This document shows positions 49,300 to 61,257 of a stretch of DNA of 64,000 nucleotides, in pieces. The notes under the pieces are model-generated. The model saw nothing but the letters and a program-made list of their open reading frames with translations, did no database searches and had not been told where the DNA came from. The DNA lies in NCBI GenBank assembly GCA_002269645.1, contig NIVC01000108.1, positions 1 through 64,000 on the forward strand. The letters run 5' to 3'. This DNA comes from Macrostomum lignano. Lineage: Eukaryota. The position numbers and the translations under genes were made by a program. Each line of letters starts with the position of its first letter. Position 1 is the first letter of the stretch.

Positions 49300-51736
49300 T
49301 CACAGCCTGCGCTTGTGCACCACCAGGCTGTGGTCGCCGGGCGCGCGCACCACACCGTCGGGTCCCAGCAGGATTTCGTCCCGACGCAGCCGGCAGTCCT
49401 CGGTCGGCTCGAAGCGAAACTTCTGCAGCAGAGTGACGAAGAAGATGAACAGCTCCATGCGAGCCAGCGTCTCTCCCAGGCAGGCTCGCTTGCCGAGGCT
49501 GAAGGGAATGAGGTACTCGGAGGCCTTGTAGGTCCCGGTCTCGGGATCAATAAACCGATCCGGCTTGAACTCGTGCGGCTCAGGGAACAGCTCGGGGTCC
49601 ATGTGGACTGAGTACAGGTTGGGCAGCACCAGACTGTCCGGTGAGATGGGCAGTCCGTCCAACTCCACCGCCTGCAGGTGAGACGATCGAGAATGGTTCG
49701 GGATGAGCGTTCACGGAGATTGTGCAGCATAAATACCAGCAACTCAGCTCGCCTCACCTCAGAGACTCGATGCTCGACGCTCATCGGCACCAAATTAGCG
49801 ATTCGCTGGGTCTCATCGAGGAATGCCTGCACTTTGTGCAGACCGCGCTTGTCCTTCATGCTGACCTCGCGCAAGCCGATGCTGGCGGCGATCTCGGCGT
49901 GACAGGCCTCCTGGTACTCCGGGTGAAAGCTGCAGTACAGCAGGGCCCAGCGCAGTGTTGTGGCGGTGGTCTCGCTGCCGGCCAGGTACAGGTCCAGCAC
50001 AGTTCGCACCAGCTGCAGGTTGTCAAAACTGCCGACTCCCCCGGAAGCCTGTCGCAGCCGCTGCTCCTGCAGATAGGCCTCAACAAAGCAGCTGGGCTCG
50101 CTGGACTCATCGTAGTTGCGGTCAATAGCCTGGATTTTCTCCCGGCAGTGGTCCATGATCCACTTCTCGCTCTGTAGGTACCGCCCGGTGCTCGGCGCCA
50201 GAGCGGTTAGCCAGGCCGGCAGCTGGGGAAAGAAAAACATGAGCTCGGTGTCCAGGCCGGCTTGCGTCAGGGCCTTCGTGTGATGAAGGAAATTGTCCAG
50301 CTTGGGGTCCTCATATCCGCTGCGTTGGGCGAATACGAGACTGCCAATCACGTTCACTATGGCCTTCGTGATGTGCACTGCAAACCATGGTGACTGATGT
50401 AATTTATGGCGAGGAAAATCCTGTAATTTGTGACATTATAAAAGTACTAAAGGCTCTTTCACACCAGCATCAAATCAAACCAATTTTTTAATGACCCCAC
50501 GGCCTCTACATATCGTTACTTTGTGCTGCATCAGCTGTGATTTGATAGCTGAAAATCCCTTTCTCAGAATAAGTGGCACGACCCTTTCTTCGAAAGCAGT
50601 TGGGCTTGTATAATTACCATTAATGTTAATCCATGTTAAGCTCAATAATAGAGTCCATTGAGTCCAGTCACCTTTGCTATGCAATCAATACTCGTTGTTA
50701 TGCAATCAATACTCGTTGCTATGCAATCAATACTCGTTGCTATGCAATCAATACTCGTTGCTATGCAATCAATACTCGTTGCTATGCAATCAATACTCGT
50801 TGCTATGCAATCAATACTCGTTGCTATGCAATCAATACTCGTTGCTATGCAATCAATACTCGTTGCTATGCAATCAATACTCGTTGCTATGCAATCAATA
50901 CTCGTTGCTATGCAATCAATACTCGTTGCTATGCAATCAATACTCGTTGCTATGCAATCAATACTCGTTGCTATGCAATCAATACTCGTTGCTATGCAAT
51001 CAATACTCGTTGCTATGCAATCAATACTCGTTGCTATGCAATCAATACTCGTTGCTATGCGATCAATACTCTGCTATGCAATCAATACTCTGCTATGCAA
51101 TCAATACTCTGCTATGCAATCAATACTCGTTGCTATGCAATCAATATACTCGTTGCTATGCAATGGGGCCCAAAGATTAAAACAAATTCGAAAATACAAT
51201 TCCAGAAGTTTAGCAAAATCCTCACCATTCAAATCCGTCTCCTGTCCGCTCAGGTCGCTCAGCTTTGCAGCGAGTTCTTGCGCCTCCGTCTGGATCTGCT
51301 GCTCCGAGAGGCTCCTGCCGAGGCCGAAGTCCCGCAGCACTCGCAGGGTGAAGCGGCGGTGCTCCAGCCACAGTGCACCTTCCGATAGCAAGAGGCCGCG
51401 GCCCTGGGCCATGACCTGGTAGAGAGGCTGGTTCGGCCGCTGCGAGAACTGGTCGGCCCGGCCTACCAGCGCCGCCTTGATCTGCTGGTAGCCGGAGATC
51501 AAGATGAACTCCTGCGTGCCGAGTACAACGGAGATGACGTCACCGTAGGCTGCTCGCATTTCGTTCAAGAATCGATACCAACGGAAGCCCGGTTCGACAA
51601 AAGCTCTGTACAGCATGTAGGGCAGGCTGCCCAGGACAGGCAGGCCAATCGGACCGCGGCGCCGCAACCGCTGGAACAGGTGGCGGCCCAGCAGACCGGC
51701 CAGGAGGGCCGCGGCTAACGGTTTAACGATCTGCAT
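49300..51736 (-). CDS. Cytochrome P450, CYP2 clan, about 500 aa, 3 exons
   Basis: Exons 51226-51736, 49758-50377 and 49300-49671 (1503 nt). Motifs: WLEHRRF, LYLAGSETT (I helix), ETQR (ExxR), FKPDRF (PERF-like), FSLGKRACLG (heme-binding). Confidence 0.93.
50684..51160. repeat. 21-bp minisatellite in CYP intron 1
   Basis: Unit GCTATGCAATCAATACTCGTT. Confidence 0.95.
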
Positions 51737-52499
51737 GCGGAATAGTGAAGAGTCTGCAGGCAAGTTTGCTTAGAGAATTTGCTTCCAAGTTTCTGTAAAG
51801 AACTAAATACTGCTTTAGAGTCAACACTCGCGTGCATACCAGACATGAAGTGCAGTTTTTATTTGCACACTGCTACCTTCTTTCACACAGAGTGTACATT
51901 TGAACCTCCTCCCTGTCCCTTATCTTTCTGTCCTCCCCTTTCACACAGAATGTACATTTGAACCCCCTCCCTGTCCCTTATCTTTCTGTCCTCCCCCTTT
52001 CACACAGAATGTACATTTGAACCCCCTCCCTGTCCCTTATCTTTCTGTCGTCCCCACTGGCGGCTCTCTGCGTACATGCACTGTTCTCTCTAGTAGCAAG
52101 AGAACAGTGCACATTTGATACCAAACTATACAAGTACTTTGCATGTAGGTATGGCTACTTGAATTAACTCCCTTTGGTGAACAATTCACACTGTAGAAAT
52201 AATTACATGTAAGCATGTATGGAATTAGCCAGTTCTAGCAATCTAGTCCCCCCTTTCAGGGCGGCCAATTAGCAAAAGAAGAAATTTGTTTATGAGAATT
52301 TTCTTAAAAGCATTCCTTTTTAATCCTTAAAATCGTTTACTCTGCTTTTGCAATGAATCCAGTTGCAGGGGGGTATATGTCCCCATGTCCCCCCAGTAAA
52401 AGCTATGGAGCGACATGGCAATTCTTTGTCCCTCCATCAATTCTTTGTTACCTTGTGACCCATTATGGAAATCAATAATTTTGCTTCAGGTGGACAAAA

Positions 52500-53450
52500 T
52501 ATAGCCCCTGCAGCGCAAAAAATGAGTGTCTATGGTGCTAAACTTGATTGATTGTGGCGCTAAAATAAGTGCATGCACACCAAAATAAGTGTCTGCCTGC
52601 GACGCCAACATGTGCCTAGTGCGCTAACAGGAGTGCCTGCGGCGCTAAAATGAATTCCTGCGGCTCTAAAATGAGTTCCTGTGGCTCTAAAAGGAGTGCC
52701 TGCGGCGCTAAAATGAGTTCCTGTAGTGCTAAAATGAGTTCCTGCGGCTCTAAAATGAGTTCCTGTGGCTCTAAAAGGAGTGCCTGCGGCGCTAAAATGA
52801 GTTCCTGTAGTGCTAAAATGAGTTCCTGCGGCTCTAAAATGAGTTCCTGTGGCTCTAAAAGGAGTGCCTGCGGCGCTAAAATGAGTTCCTGTAGTGCTAA
52901 AATGAGTTCCTGCGGCTCTAAAATGAGTTCCTGTGGCTCTAAAAGGAGTGCCTGCGGCGCTAAAATGAGTGCCTGCGGCTCTAAATAAAAGGAGTGCCTG
53001 CGGCTCTAAAATGAGTTCCTGCAGTGCTAAAATGAGTGCCTGCGCGGCGCTAAAATGAGTGCATGTGGCGCTAAAATGAGTCCACGGTTTTCAAATGCAA
53101 GTACGAGCGTACATGTAAGCCTAGAGAGGGCAGACTTCTTTAACCAATTACCGCCTGCAAATGTCCGGCTGGCAAACGTCGGCTGGCAAACGTCTGTTGG
53201 CAAACGTCGGCTGGCAAACGTCGGCTGGCAAACGTCGGCTGGCAAATTTCCCACAGGAAAACGTCGGCTGGCAAACGTCTGTTGGCAAACGTCGGCTGGC
53301 AAACGTCGGCTGGCAAACGTCGGCTGGCAAATTTCCCACAGGAAAACGTCGGCTGGCAAACGTCTGTTGGCAAACGTCGGCTGGCAAACGTCGGCTGGCA
53401 AATGTCCCACAGGAAAACGTCGGCTGGCAAACGTCCGGCAGGCAAACATC
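52500..53450. repeat. 21-bp array with an 84-bp higher-order repeat (52640-52990) and a 14-bp GGCAAACGTCGGCT array (53165-53450)
   Basis: The 28-aa periodicity of ORF 52650-52988 reflects the 84-bp higher-order unit. Confidence 0.88.
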
Positions 53451-53697
53451 GTAGACCCACTAGCGAAGCGAGCAACTTTTACCTTGTTTTGAGCTGTTAT
53501 TGCCTGCTGCATGTTGCTTGTTGATATTGCCTGTTCCGTTTTCAGCATCGGTTCCAGAACCGTGTTCTGGTTTGATGAACCACAGGGTTCATCGGTTCGA
53601 CGCTTTTCACTTTCCTACCGATTCTGGTTCTGGAACAAATCTTCCTGAAAAGCCTAAGAATTTCAGCAGAAAATTCATACAACTTCATGTACAGGTA

Positions 53698-54951
53698 CGA
53701 GCGGTGCACTAAAAAAGTCCTGAGCCTCGGTGTGAAAGAGAGAATTGGGGCAAATACAGTCAGCTTTTTTCTACATAGTCTCCCTTGACCAAGAAGCACT
53801 TGTGACATCTTGATCGCAGTGCTTCGATGCCGCTCTGAAAGAACTGCTTTGAGCACCCCTCGAACCAGGAGGTCGCAGCATCCTTCAGTGCCTCATCAGT
53901 GTCAAATCGCTGCCCACGGAGCGCCCGCTTGAGATGCGGGAACAGGTGAAAGTCGCTGGGGCAAGGTCTGGTGAATAGGCTGGGTGCAGCAGCTCTCGGA
54001 ACCCTGCAACACTGACAGCCGCCTTTGCCAGTCCACTGGTGTGGGCAGGTGCGTTGTCGTGCAGCAGCACCACACCACGGCTCAGCATTCCCCGCCGATT
54101 CTCCTTGATTGCCTCACAACGGCAGTAGCACAACTTCCAGCAGCAGTGGGCCTTTGTCATCCCAAAAGATGGTGAGCATTATCTTGCCTGCACTGCATCC
54201 AGTCCGTGCCTTCAGTGGTGCTGGTGCACCAACTGGCAGCCACTGATTCGACTCCTCCTTTGACTCGGGATCATGGTGGTGGATCCATGTCTCATCACCG
54301 GTCACGCAGCAGGACAGAAAGCCGGCATGATCTGGATCGTAAGTTTGCAGGACAAGCTTCGCATACTGCAACCGCGCGGACTTCTGCTCGCTTGTCAAGA
54401 TTCGCGGGATCCACCGGGCCGAGACCTTCGACAGATGAAGATGCTGGTGCAGGATCTCGATGACCTGTGGGTCAGAGAGCCCGCTTTCCGTGTCTGCCAC
54501 AGGTTCCCTGACCTTTACTCGCCGGTCGCCATCAACCAGGGCCGCGCTGGAGGCGCTGGATGTTGTCAGCAGTGACAGCAGTCCGGCGGCGTCCGCATCG
54601 AGGGTCATCTTCGAGAGAGTCGCGGCCACGCTTGAACTCGTCTGCCCATACGCTTGACAGTGGCGTATATGAGGGGGCAGCCCCAGCATACACGGCGCCA
54701 TGCGACTTTGGATTTCAACAGTTTTTGAGCCCTCCAGGGTCAGGAATTTGATCACTGCCCTGTACTCAATTTTCAGTTCTTGAGAATTTGCCAATAGGTA
54801 GCTGAAAATATTAAGGTGCTATGGAACTTATGTAATGCCTAGAGAGCTGAAAATTTTGTCAAAGACTATTAACATATTATTGTGTTAGAGCATCGAGTTT
54901 CAGCGCTTTGTGACATGGAATCTTGGTCGAACTTTTTTAGTGCCCAGCTCG
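53698..54951 (-). mobile_element. Full-length but defective mariner (Tc1/mariner, DD34D) element, 1254 bp
   Basis: TA TSDs at 53696-53697 and 54952-54953. 21-bp TIRs match 19/21 (CGAGCGGTGCACTAAAAAAGT). Transposase remnant 53760-54794 with SARWIPR, VTGDETW, HDNAPAH, YSPDLAP and GDYVEK motifs; several frameshifts. Confidence 0.95.
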
Positions 54952-56323
54952 TACATGTAATTGTATACATGAATAAATCGATTCCTCAGCTCCTGGCGCA
55001 TTGTTGCAGTTTGCCATACGTACGTACGACAAACGATCGTAGGTGAGAGCAATTCAAAGCATATGTGAAAGCAGAAATTATACAACTACGACCAGATCAC
55101 TGAACTTTCGTTTTTACCTCGATTGCAGCTATCTATTGAGTTCACCTTTAAGTAGTACAGTCCTTAACTCATGGAGAGTTTAGAATGATATATCATAAAA
55201 ATTGATCATGATTCGTTGCTTGAATCCGCTATTATAAAATCTGTTGCTTCTTAATTAACTGTGATTGTATATGAGTGTACTGCTGAGCACTCCATACCCG
55301 TACAGCAATCCGACATCGGCAACATCGACCGCGGTTTCCGATGTCTTGGCTAAAGACGGAAATGGCCGCGTACTTTTTACACGACGTCAGCTGATCGACG
55401 TATAACGTCGTTATCCGAAGCGTAATGTACGAGTTAATATAAGTACTGATTCACCAGCGATGTTCACCGACGTTGGATACGTCAGCGTACGACCGAATGT
55501 TGTACGAGTTAGTATTTATAGGAACTGTTTAATAAAAAGTCTATAGTAGTAGTGCGCGTATGGATAATCAAAACTCGTCCTTGATGCAGAAATGGCCGTC
55601 TCAGTTAAATGGCTGACTAGCTGTAGGTGTTGAAAGCTGTTGAATGCATAACAATTCAATGGCAGGTGAAATTATGCATCCAAACTTCAGTTATATTTGA
55701 CAGTGTAATTTTAACGGATTAGGAACGGGCTAAACGGGAGATCTCCATTTCGGTTTGTCTTTGCGATGCTGGTCTTTCTGTTGACTATTTTACATGTAAG
55801 AGTATACTAATGTGCAAAATTAGCAAAATATATGATAAAAATCGTTAATTTTGTCGGATTAACTTTATAACCAATGTTTTCTTTTGCAGCAAGAACAATA
55901 GGAAGAGACTAGTTCGTATTAACCTTTTCGAAGAAAACTGCACGATTTCAAAAAGTAGTGGTTCAATGCACGTACACCAGCCAGCTAGCGCGGCATGCAT
56001 GCAGGAAATGAATTGAAATTGAAAATCAAAATATCTGCTGAAACTAAAAGACAAATTGAAGGACAAGCATGATCAGACTGCACACTGACTGACGACTCAA
56101 TGAAATGAAGAATAAAAAATTAAAGTCTATATTTTAGTAAATTTAGATGATGTAAAAAATTTGCATGCGAATGCGAAACTAGAGGACAGCCACTTATTGT
56201 TGCCGCCGATTACATAGCTAGGCCCTAGCTTTAATATTATACTTATACTATAGGCCTTTGCCATAGCCCATACAATGGGTGAGCTATATTTTATAATATA
56301 AGCCAATAAGCCATTGTGAGGGT

Positions 56324-56530
56324 CAGGGGCGTAGCCAGGAATTTCCTATGGGGGGATACACCAAGGTGAATTTTCTACGGGGGGGAAACACCAAGGTAAA
56401 AGTGCTATGACAGAGTCACATGGTAGCATGTACAGCAACAAAAGTCAACAAAAAAGTTTTGGTCAGGCTCTTTGGGGCCTGGGGGGGATACATCTACGCC
56501 CCTTCCCTATGCCCCTTCCCTACGCCCCTG
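56324..56530. mobile_element. hAT-like MITE (207 bp)
   Basis: CAGGGGCGTAG ... CTACGCCCCTG. GTGAGGGT on the left; on the right the same 8-mer follows a 5-bp slippage. Confidence 0.7.
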
Positions 56531-57053
56531 GTGAGGTGAGGGTGTATACATGCATACATGCATAATCTATTAGTATTACTACTATAATTTCTAAATTATG
56601 ATTTGACTTCCTTCATTTTAAAGCACTTTGCTGTAGTTTATTAATCTCTATAGCAATAGCATAGGTTTTGACTTTTTGACTAGAATCAATTTTCCAATTT
56701 ATAGGCAAAAACAACCTAGAAATTTTTGGGAAATGATCTGTGCACTATGACTATTGGCTTATATGCTATATATGCTCTATTTCTAATTCTAAGTGAAGCT
56801 GCATAAAATATATTGAAGTTAGGCCCTAATAATTTTGATGTTGGCAATGGAATTAGCCACCTTGCCACAAAGGAAATCATATATCATCAAAAGCCAAAGC
56901 TAGTCTTTGGTCAATAGGTACAGTAGATTATTGTGCTATATTTATAATTTATTTAGTGCTAAAAATAATTATAAGATTGGATCTTTGTAGTAAAATTGTT
57001 GCATATACTTTTTTATTTGTCCTTTTTGCATTTTAGGTAGGCCTATTACATAA

Positions 57054-57847
57054 GGCTCATTCCATATAAGCATGGTCGTAACATGACAGGTTATTTTTAC
57101 TTATAAAATGAAATCTAATAATAGAATATACTAAACCAATATTTTAAATGAAAGATTATTTTGTCTAGAATATATTTATAGAGTTTCATATAGATATCAT
57201 CATTAGTATAGATGCTATTAAACCTTAAATGACACTTATGGTCGTAACGACAGGATTTTTGACATATAAAAACTAAAAGGTAAAAGTCTTATAACATTTT
57301 TCATTTTTGATATTTTGCAATACATTTTTAAAATTTGACTAAGAACATCTTTAGAAATCATACTCTTTTATTAGAATATATAAACTCAAAAGGCAACAAA
57401 GATACAAAAGAAAAGGCAGCCTTATGGTCGTAACATTATGGTCGTAACATATTTTTTTCTGTCAATTCAGTAACTTTGAGGTACTAATACATTAAAAATA
57501 TAATAGATTATTTGGTCACCAATGCTTTTTGCCTTTTATCTGATGATGCAAGTACTATACTTTTATCTATAGTTTGTTTCAACCTTCAAAAGCTTTCTAT
57601 TTGTTTTTAAGAGGTACAAAATCTTAATGATGTCTTTTGCTTCAAAAAATGTCCAAATTTTTACAAAAATGACTTTTTGCCAATTGATAACATACTAATC
57701 CAACATTTTACCATTCCTTTATTCTTAGATTGTATATATTGCACAATATAAACATTTGGTAAAAAAATAGGCTAATTAGGCAATGGCAAGCAAAAATATT
57801 GACTTTTTTCTATTTTCCAAATATGTCCATCTTATATGGAATGAGCC
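57054..57847. mobile_element. MITE with 17-bp TIR and 4-bp TSD
   Basis: GGCTCATTCCATATAAG ... CTTATATGGAATGAGCC. ATAA on both flanks. Confidence 0.75.
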
Positions 57848-58283
57848 ATAAAATATTTCCATTTTCTCATTTTTCTTAAAATTTTGCAGGATACTTCAAG
57901 TCAAAGTTATCTAAAATAATAGCAAAATATATCTTTGTTAGTCATATAAGCTATTAAACTCTTATCTTAACATTAAAATTTCAATGCAAATAGTTTCTAC
58001 GAACAAAGACTAGGCCTAAGGTGTTTAAATGAACATTAAAAAACCTAAATATTAAATGAAAGTGTTTTGAAAATATAGATTAAAATTAAGATTTGATTTA
58101 ATCTAATTTAAGGTCTATAATCAAATAAATTATCAGTTTTCTTTATAGACCCTAGGCATAGGCATATAGACCCTATTTATCAAATTTTTGGTCATGCCTT
58201 TTATTTTAACTGTTTTTTTCTATGATTTGTATAAATTTTGGGGTCTTAAAGATCAACAAATTTTAGCCTTTAAGTTACCTATT

Positions 58284-58455
58284 CATACATGCGCAACTTT
58301 GGGAATCACCCGGCCGTTTCTATTGGCAACACACACATGTAAGTCGCTATTGGCTGAGAGCAGTCACGTGACTACTATTCCGTCCAATAGCGACTTACAT
58401 GTGTATGTTGCCAATAGAAACGGCCGAGTGAATCCAAAGGTTGCGCCCAAGCATG
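58284..58455. mobile_element. Foldback MITE (CATACATG family, 172 bp); decayed sister at about 32676-32840
   Basis: About 63-bp inverted arms around a GTCACGTGAC-containing spacer. 8-bp TSD TACCTATT at 58276-58283 and 58456-58463. Confidence 0.85.
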
Positions 58456-58649
58456 TACCTATTGGTCTATGATTTTTTTTAGCATTGGCTTTAAGTAGTA
58501 TATATTGATTAAGCCTAGTGATATAACTGGGTGGTTGCTCAGAAACAAGGAATTATAATTTTTCTAATAGTCTTAATAGGCCCTCTAGAATCTTTTTATT
58601 AGACTGAATTATATAGTTATTAGTTCTATATAAAACAATATATAAAAAG

Positions 58650-59700
58650 CCCTCTAGACTGCAACTGCAGTAACAAAGCCTGTGTCCACTATCCTTCTAG
58701 CTGTAGCTCCAACTGCAACTGCAATAGCACAGCCTGTGTCTACCATCCCTCTAGCTGTAGCTCCAACTGCAACTGCAGTAGCACAGCCTGTTTCCACTGT
58801 CTCTAGACTCCAACTGCAGTAGCACAGCCTGTGTCCACTGTCTCTAGACTCCAACTGCAGTAGCACAGCCTGTGTCCACTGTCTCTAGACTCCAACTGCA
58901 GTAGCACAGCCTGTGTCCACTGTCTCTAGACTCCAACTGCAGTAGCAAAGCCTGTGTTCACTGTCTCTAGACTCCAACTGCAGTAGCAAAGCCTGTGTTC
59001 ACTGTCTCTAGGCTCCAACTGCAGTAGCACAGCCTGTATCCACTGTCTCTAGACTCCTAATGCAGTAGCACAGCCTGTGTCCACTGTCTCTAGGCTCCAA
59101 CTGCAGTAGCAAAGCCTGTGTTCACTGTCTCTAGGCTCCAACTGCAGTAGCAAAGCCTGTGTTCACTGTCTCTAGGCTCCAACTGCAGTAGCAAAGCCTG
59201 TGTTCACTGTCTCTAGGCTCCAACTGCAGTAGCACAGCCTGTGTCCACTGTCTCTAGACTCCAAATGCAGTAGCACAGCCTGTGTCCACTGTCTCTAGGC
59301 TCCAACTGCAGTAGCAAAGCCTGTGTTCACTGTCTCTAGGCTCCAACTGCAGTAGCAAAGCCTGTGTTCACTGTCTCTAGGCTCCAACTGCAGTAGCAAA
59401 GCCTGTGTTCACTGTCTCTAGGCTCCAACTGCAGTAGCAAAGCCTGTGTTCACTGTCTCTAGGCTCCAACTGCAGTAGCAAAGCCTGTGTTCACTGTCTC
59501 TAGGCTCCAACTGCAGTAGCAAAGCCTGTGTTCACTGTCTCTAGGCTCCAACTGCAGTAGCAAAGCCTGTGTTCACTGTCTCTAGGCTCCAACTGCAGTA
59601 GCAAAGCCTGTGTTCACTGTCTCTAGGCTCCAACTGCAGTAGCAAAGCCTGTGTTCACTGTCTCTAGGCTCCAACTGCAGTAGCACAGCCTGTGTCCACC
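58650..59700. repeat. 41-bp satellite directly upstream of pirin
   Basis: Unit CTCCAACTGCAGTAGCAAAGCCTGTGTTCACTGTCTCTAGG. Confidence 0.95.
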
Positions 59701-59732
59701 GTCCCTCTCAAGCTTTCAGCCTCCAGCGCCAG

Positions 59733-61225
59733 ATGTCGCGCCGCGTGTCCCAGAAATTGCCTGGCATCGAGCAGGACGAAGGCGTGGGCGCCCGGGTCCG
59801 CCGCAGCATCGGCAGGCCGGAGGTAGCCCGCCTGGACCCATTCCTGCTGCTAGACGAGTTCCGCGGCTCCGCGCCCGCCGGCTTTCCGGACCATCCGCAC
59901 CGCGGCTTTGAGACCGTCACCTACGTGCTGGAGGGCGCCGTTCGCCACGAGGACTTCCTTGGCAACCAGGGCGTCATCAGGCCCGGCGACCTGCAGTGGA
60001 TGACGGCCGGCAGGGGCATTGTGCACTGCGAGATGCCGCACGGGGAGGTCGAGTGCCGCGGCCTGCAGCTCTGGGTGAACTTGCCGAGGACTGACAAGAT
60101 GTGCGAGCCGGCCTACCAGGTAAGGGGCTTCTGGGGTGCGGGATTCCTGGATTCCCTCCCAGTCTGGTTGCGGGAGTGAAGGATTCTCCCTTATCTGTCT
60201 GTGGGATTCCCCCTATCTTTGTGTGGGGTTCCCCCTTTTTCTGTGGGATTCCCCTCATCTGTGTGGGATTCCCCCTTATCTGTGTGGGGGATTCTCCCTT
60301 ATCTGTGTGTGGAATTCCCCCTTATCTTTATATGGGATTCCATTTTATCTGTGTTGGATTCCCCCTTTTTTGTCTGTGGGATTCCCCCTTATTGATTTGT
60401 GGGATTCCCGTTATCTGTGCGTGGGATTGCCCCTTTATCTGTCTGTGGGAATCCCCCCTTATCTGTCTGTGGGATTTGACTTACAAATTTTCTCATTCAA
60501 TCCTCATATTTGCGTATCATTCATGGCCTGTCCCGCGCAGGACCTTCGCTCCTCCGACATCCCCAGCCGCAGTCAGGGCGGCGTCACCGTCCGCGTCATC
60601 GCCGGCGAGTCACTGGGTGCCAAGTCGCCCGTGTTCACCCGCACCCCCACCCTGTATCTGGACGTCACAGTGCAACCGGGTGAGCGGCGGGGGATGTCCT
60701 ACACTGGCTACTCATGCAGCTGACAGCAGTAGGCTGATGCGGATATTCCATACTGGCTACTCATGCACTCTGACAGCAGTAGGCTAGGCAGGATAAACAG
60801 TAGTTAAGCGTGTGATAAAGTTAAATAACCTTCAACACTCCCTCCCCGGTTCGCTGGCAGGCGCCAAGGAGTTCACGCAGCCGGTGCCGCAGGACTGGAA
60901 CGCATTCATATTCGTGCTGAGCGGCCGGGCCGAGTTCGGCAGCAGCGGGGCCGGGGCCGTCATCGGCGAGGCGCACGAGACCCTGCTGCTGGACCGCTCC
61001 GGCCCGGCTGTGCGGGTGGCCCCCGTAACCGGGGCCGCCGCTGCCTGTCGCTTCGTGTTGATCGCCGGCCGGCCGCTCGGCGAGCCTGTGGAGCAGTGGG
61101 GCCCCTTCGTCATGTGCAGCAAGGCCGAGCTGCTCCAGGCCAAGGAGGACTATCGGAATGGCCGCAACGGCTTCGAGCGGGCGCCCGGTTGGGCTTCTTT
61201 TGTCGTGCGGGAGCAGGCCGACTGA
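59733..61225 (+). CDS. PIR: Pirin (bicupin, iron-binding), about 296 aa, 3 exons
   Basis: Exons 59733-60119, 60541-60679 and 60861-61225 (891 nt). Motifs: LDPFLLLDEF, GFPDHPHRGFETVTY, WMTAGRGIVHCEMP, GLQLWVNLP, GPFVM. Confidence 0.95.
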
Positions 61226-61257
61226 GTCTTGGATTTGGGCTCGTGCATCATTTGCTT

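Noticed and set aside
55160-55515. Possible MITE with TGTACGAGTTA ends
   Set aside because: Only right-end-like motifs are visible; no matching left TIR or TSD could be defined.
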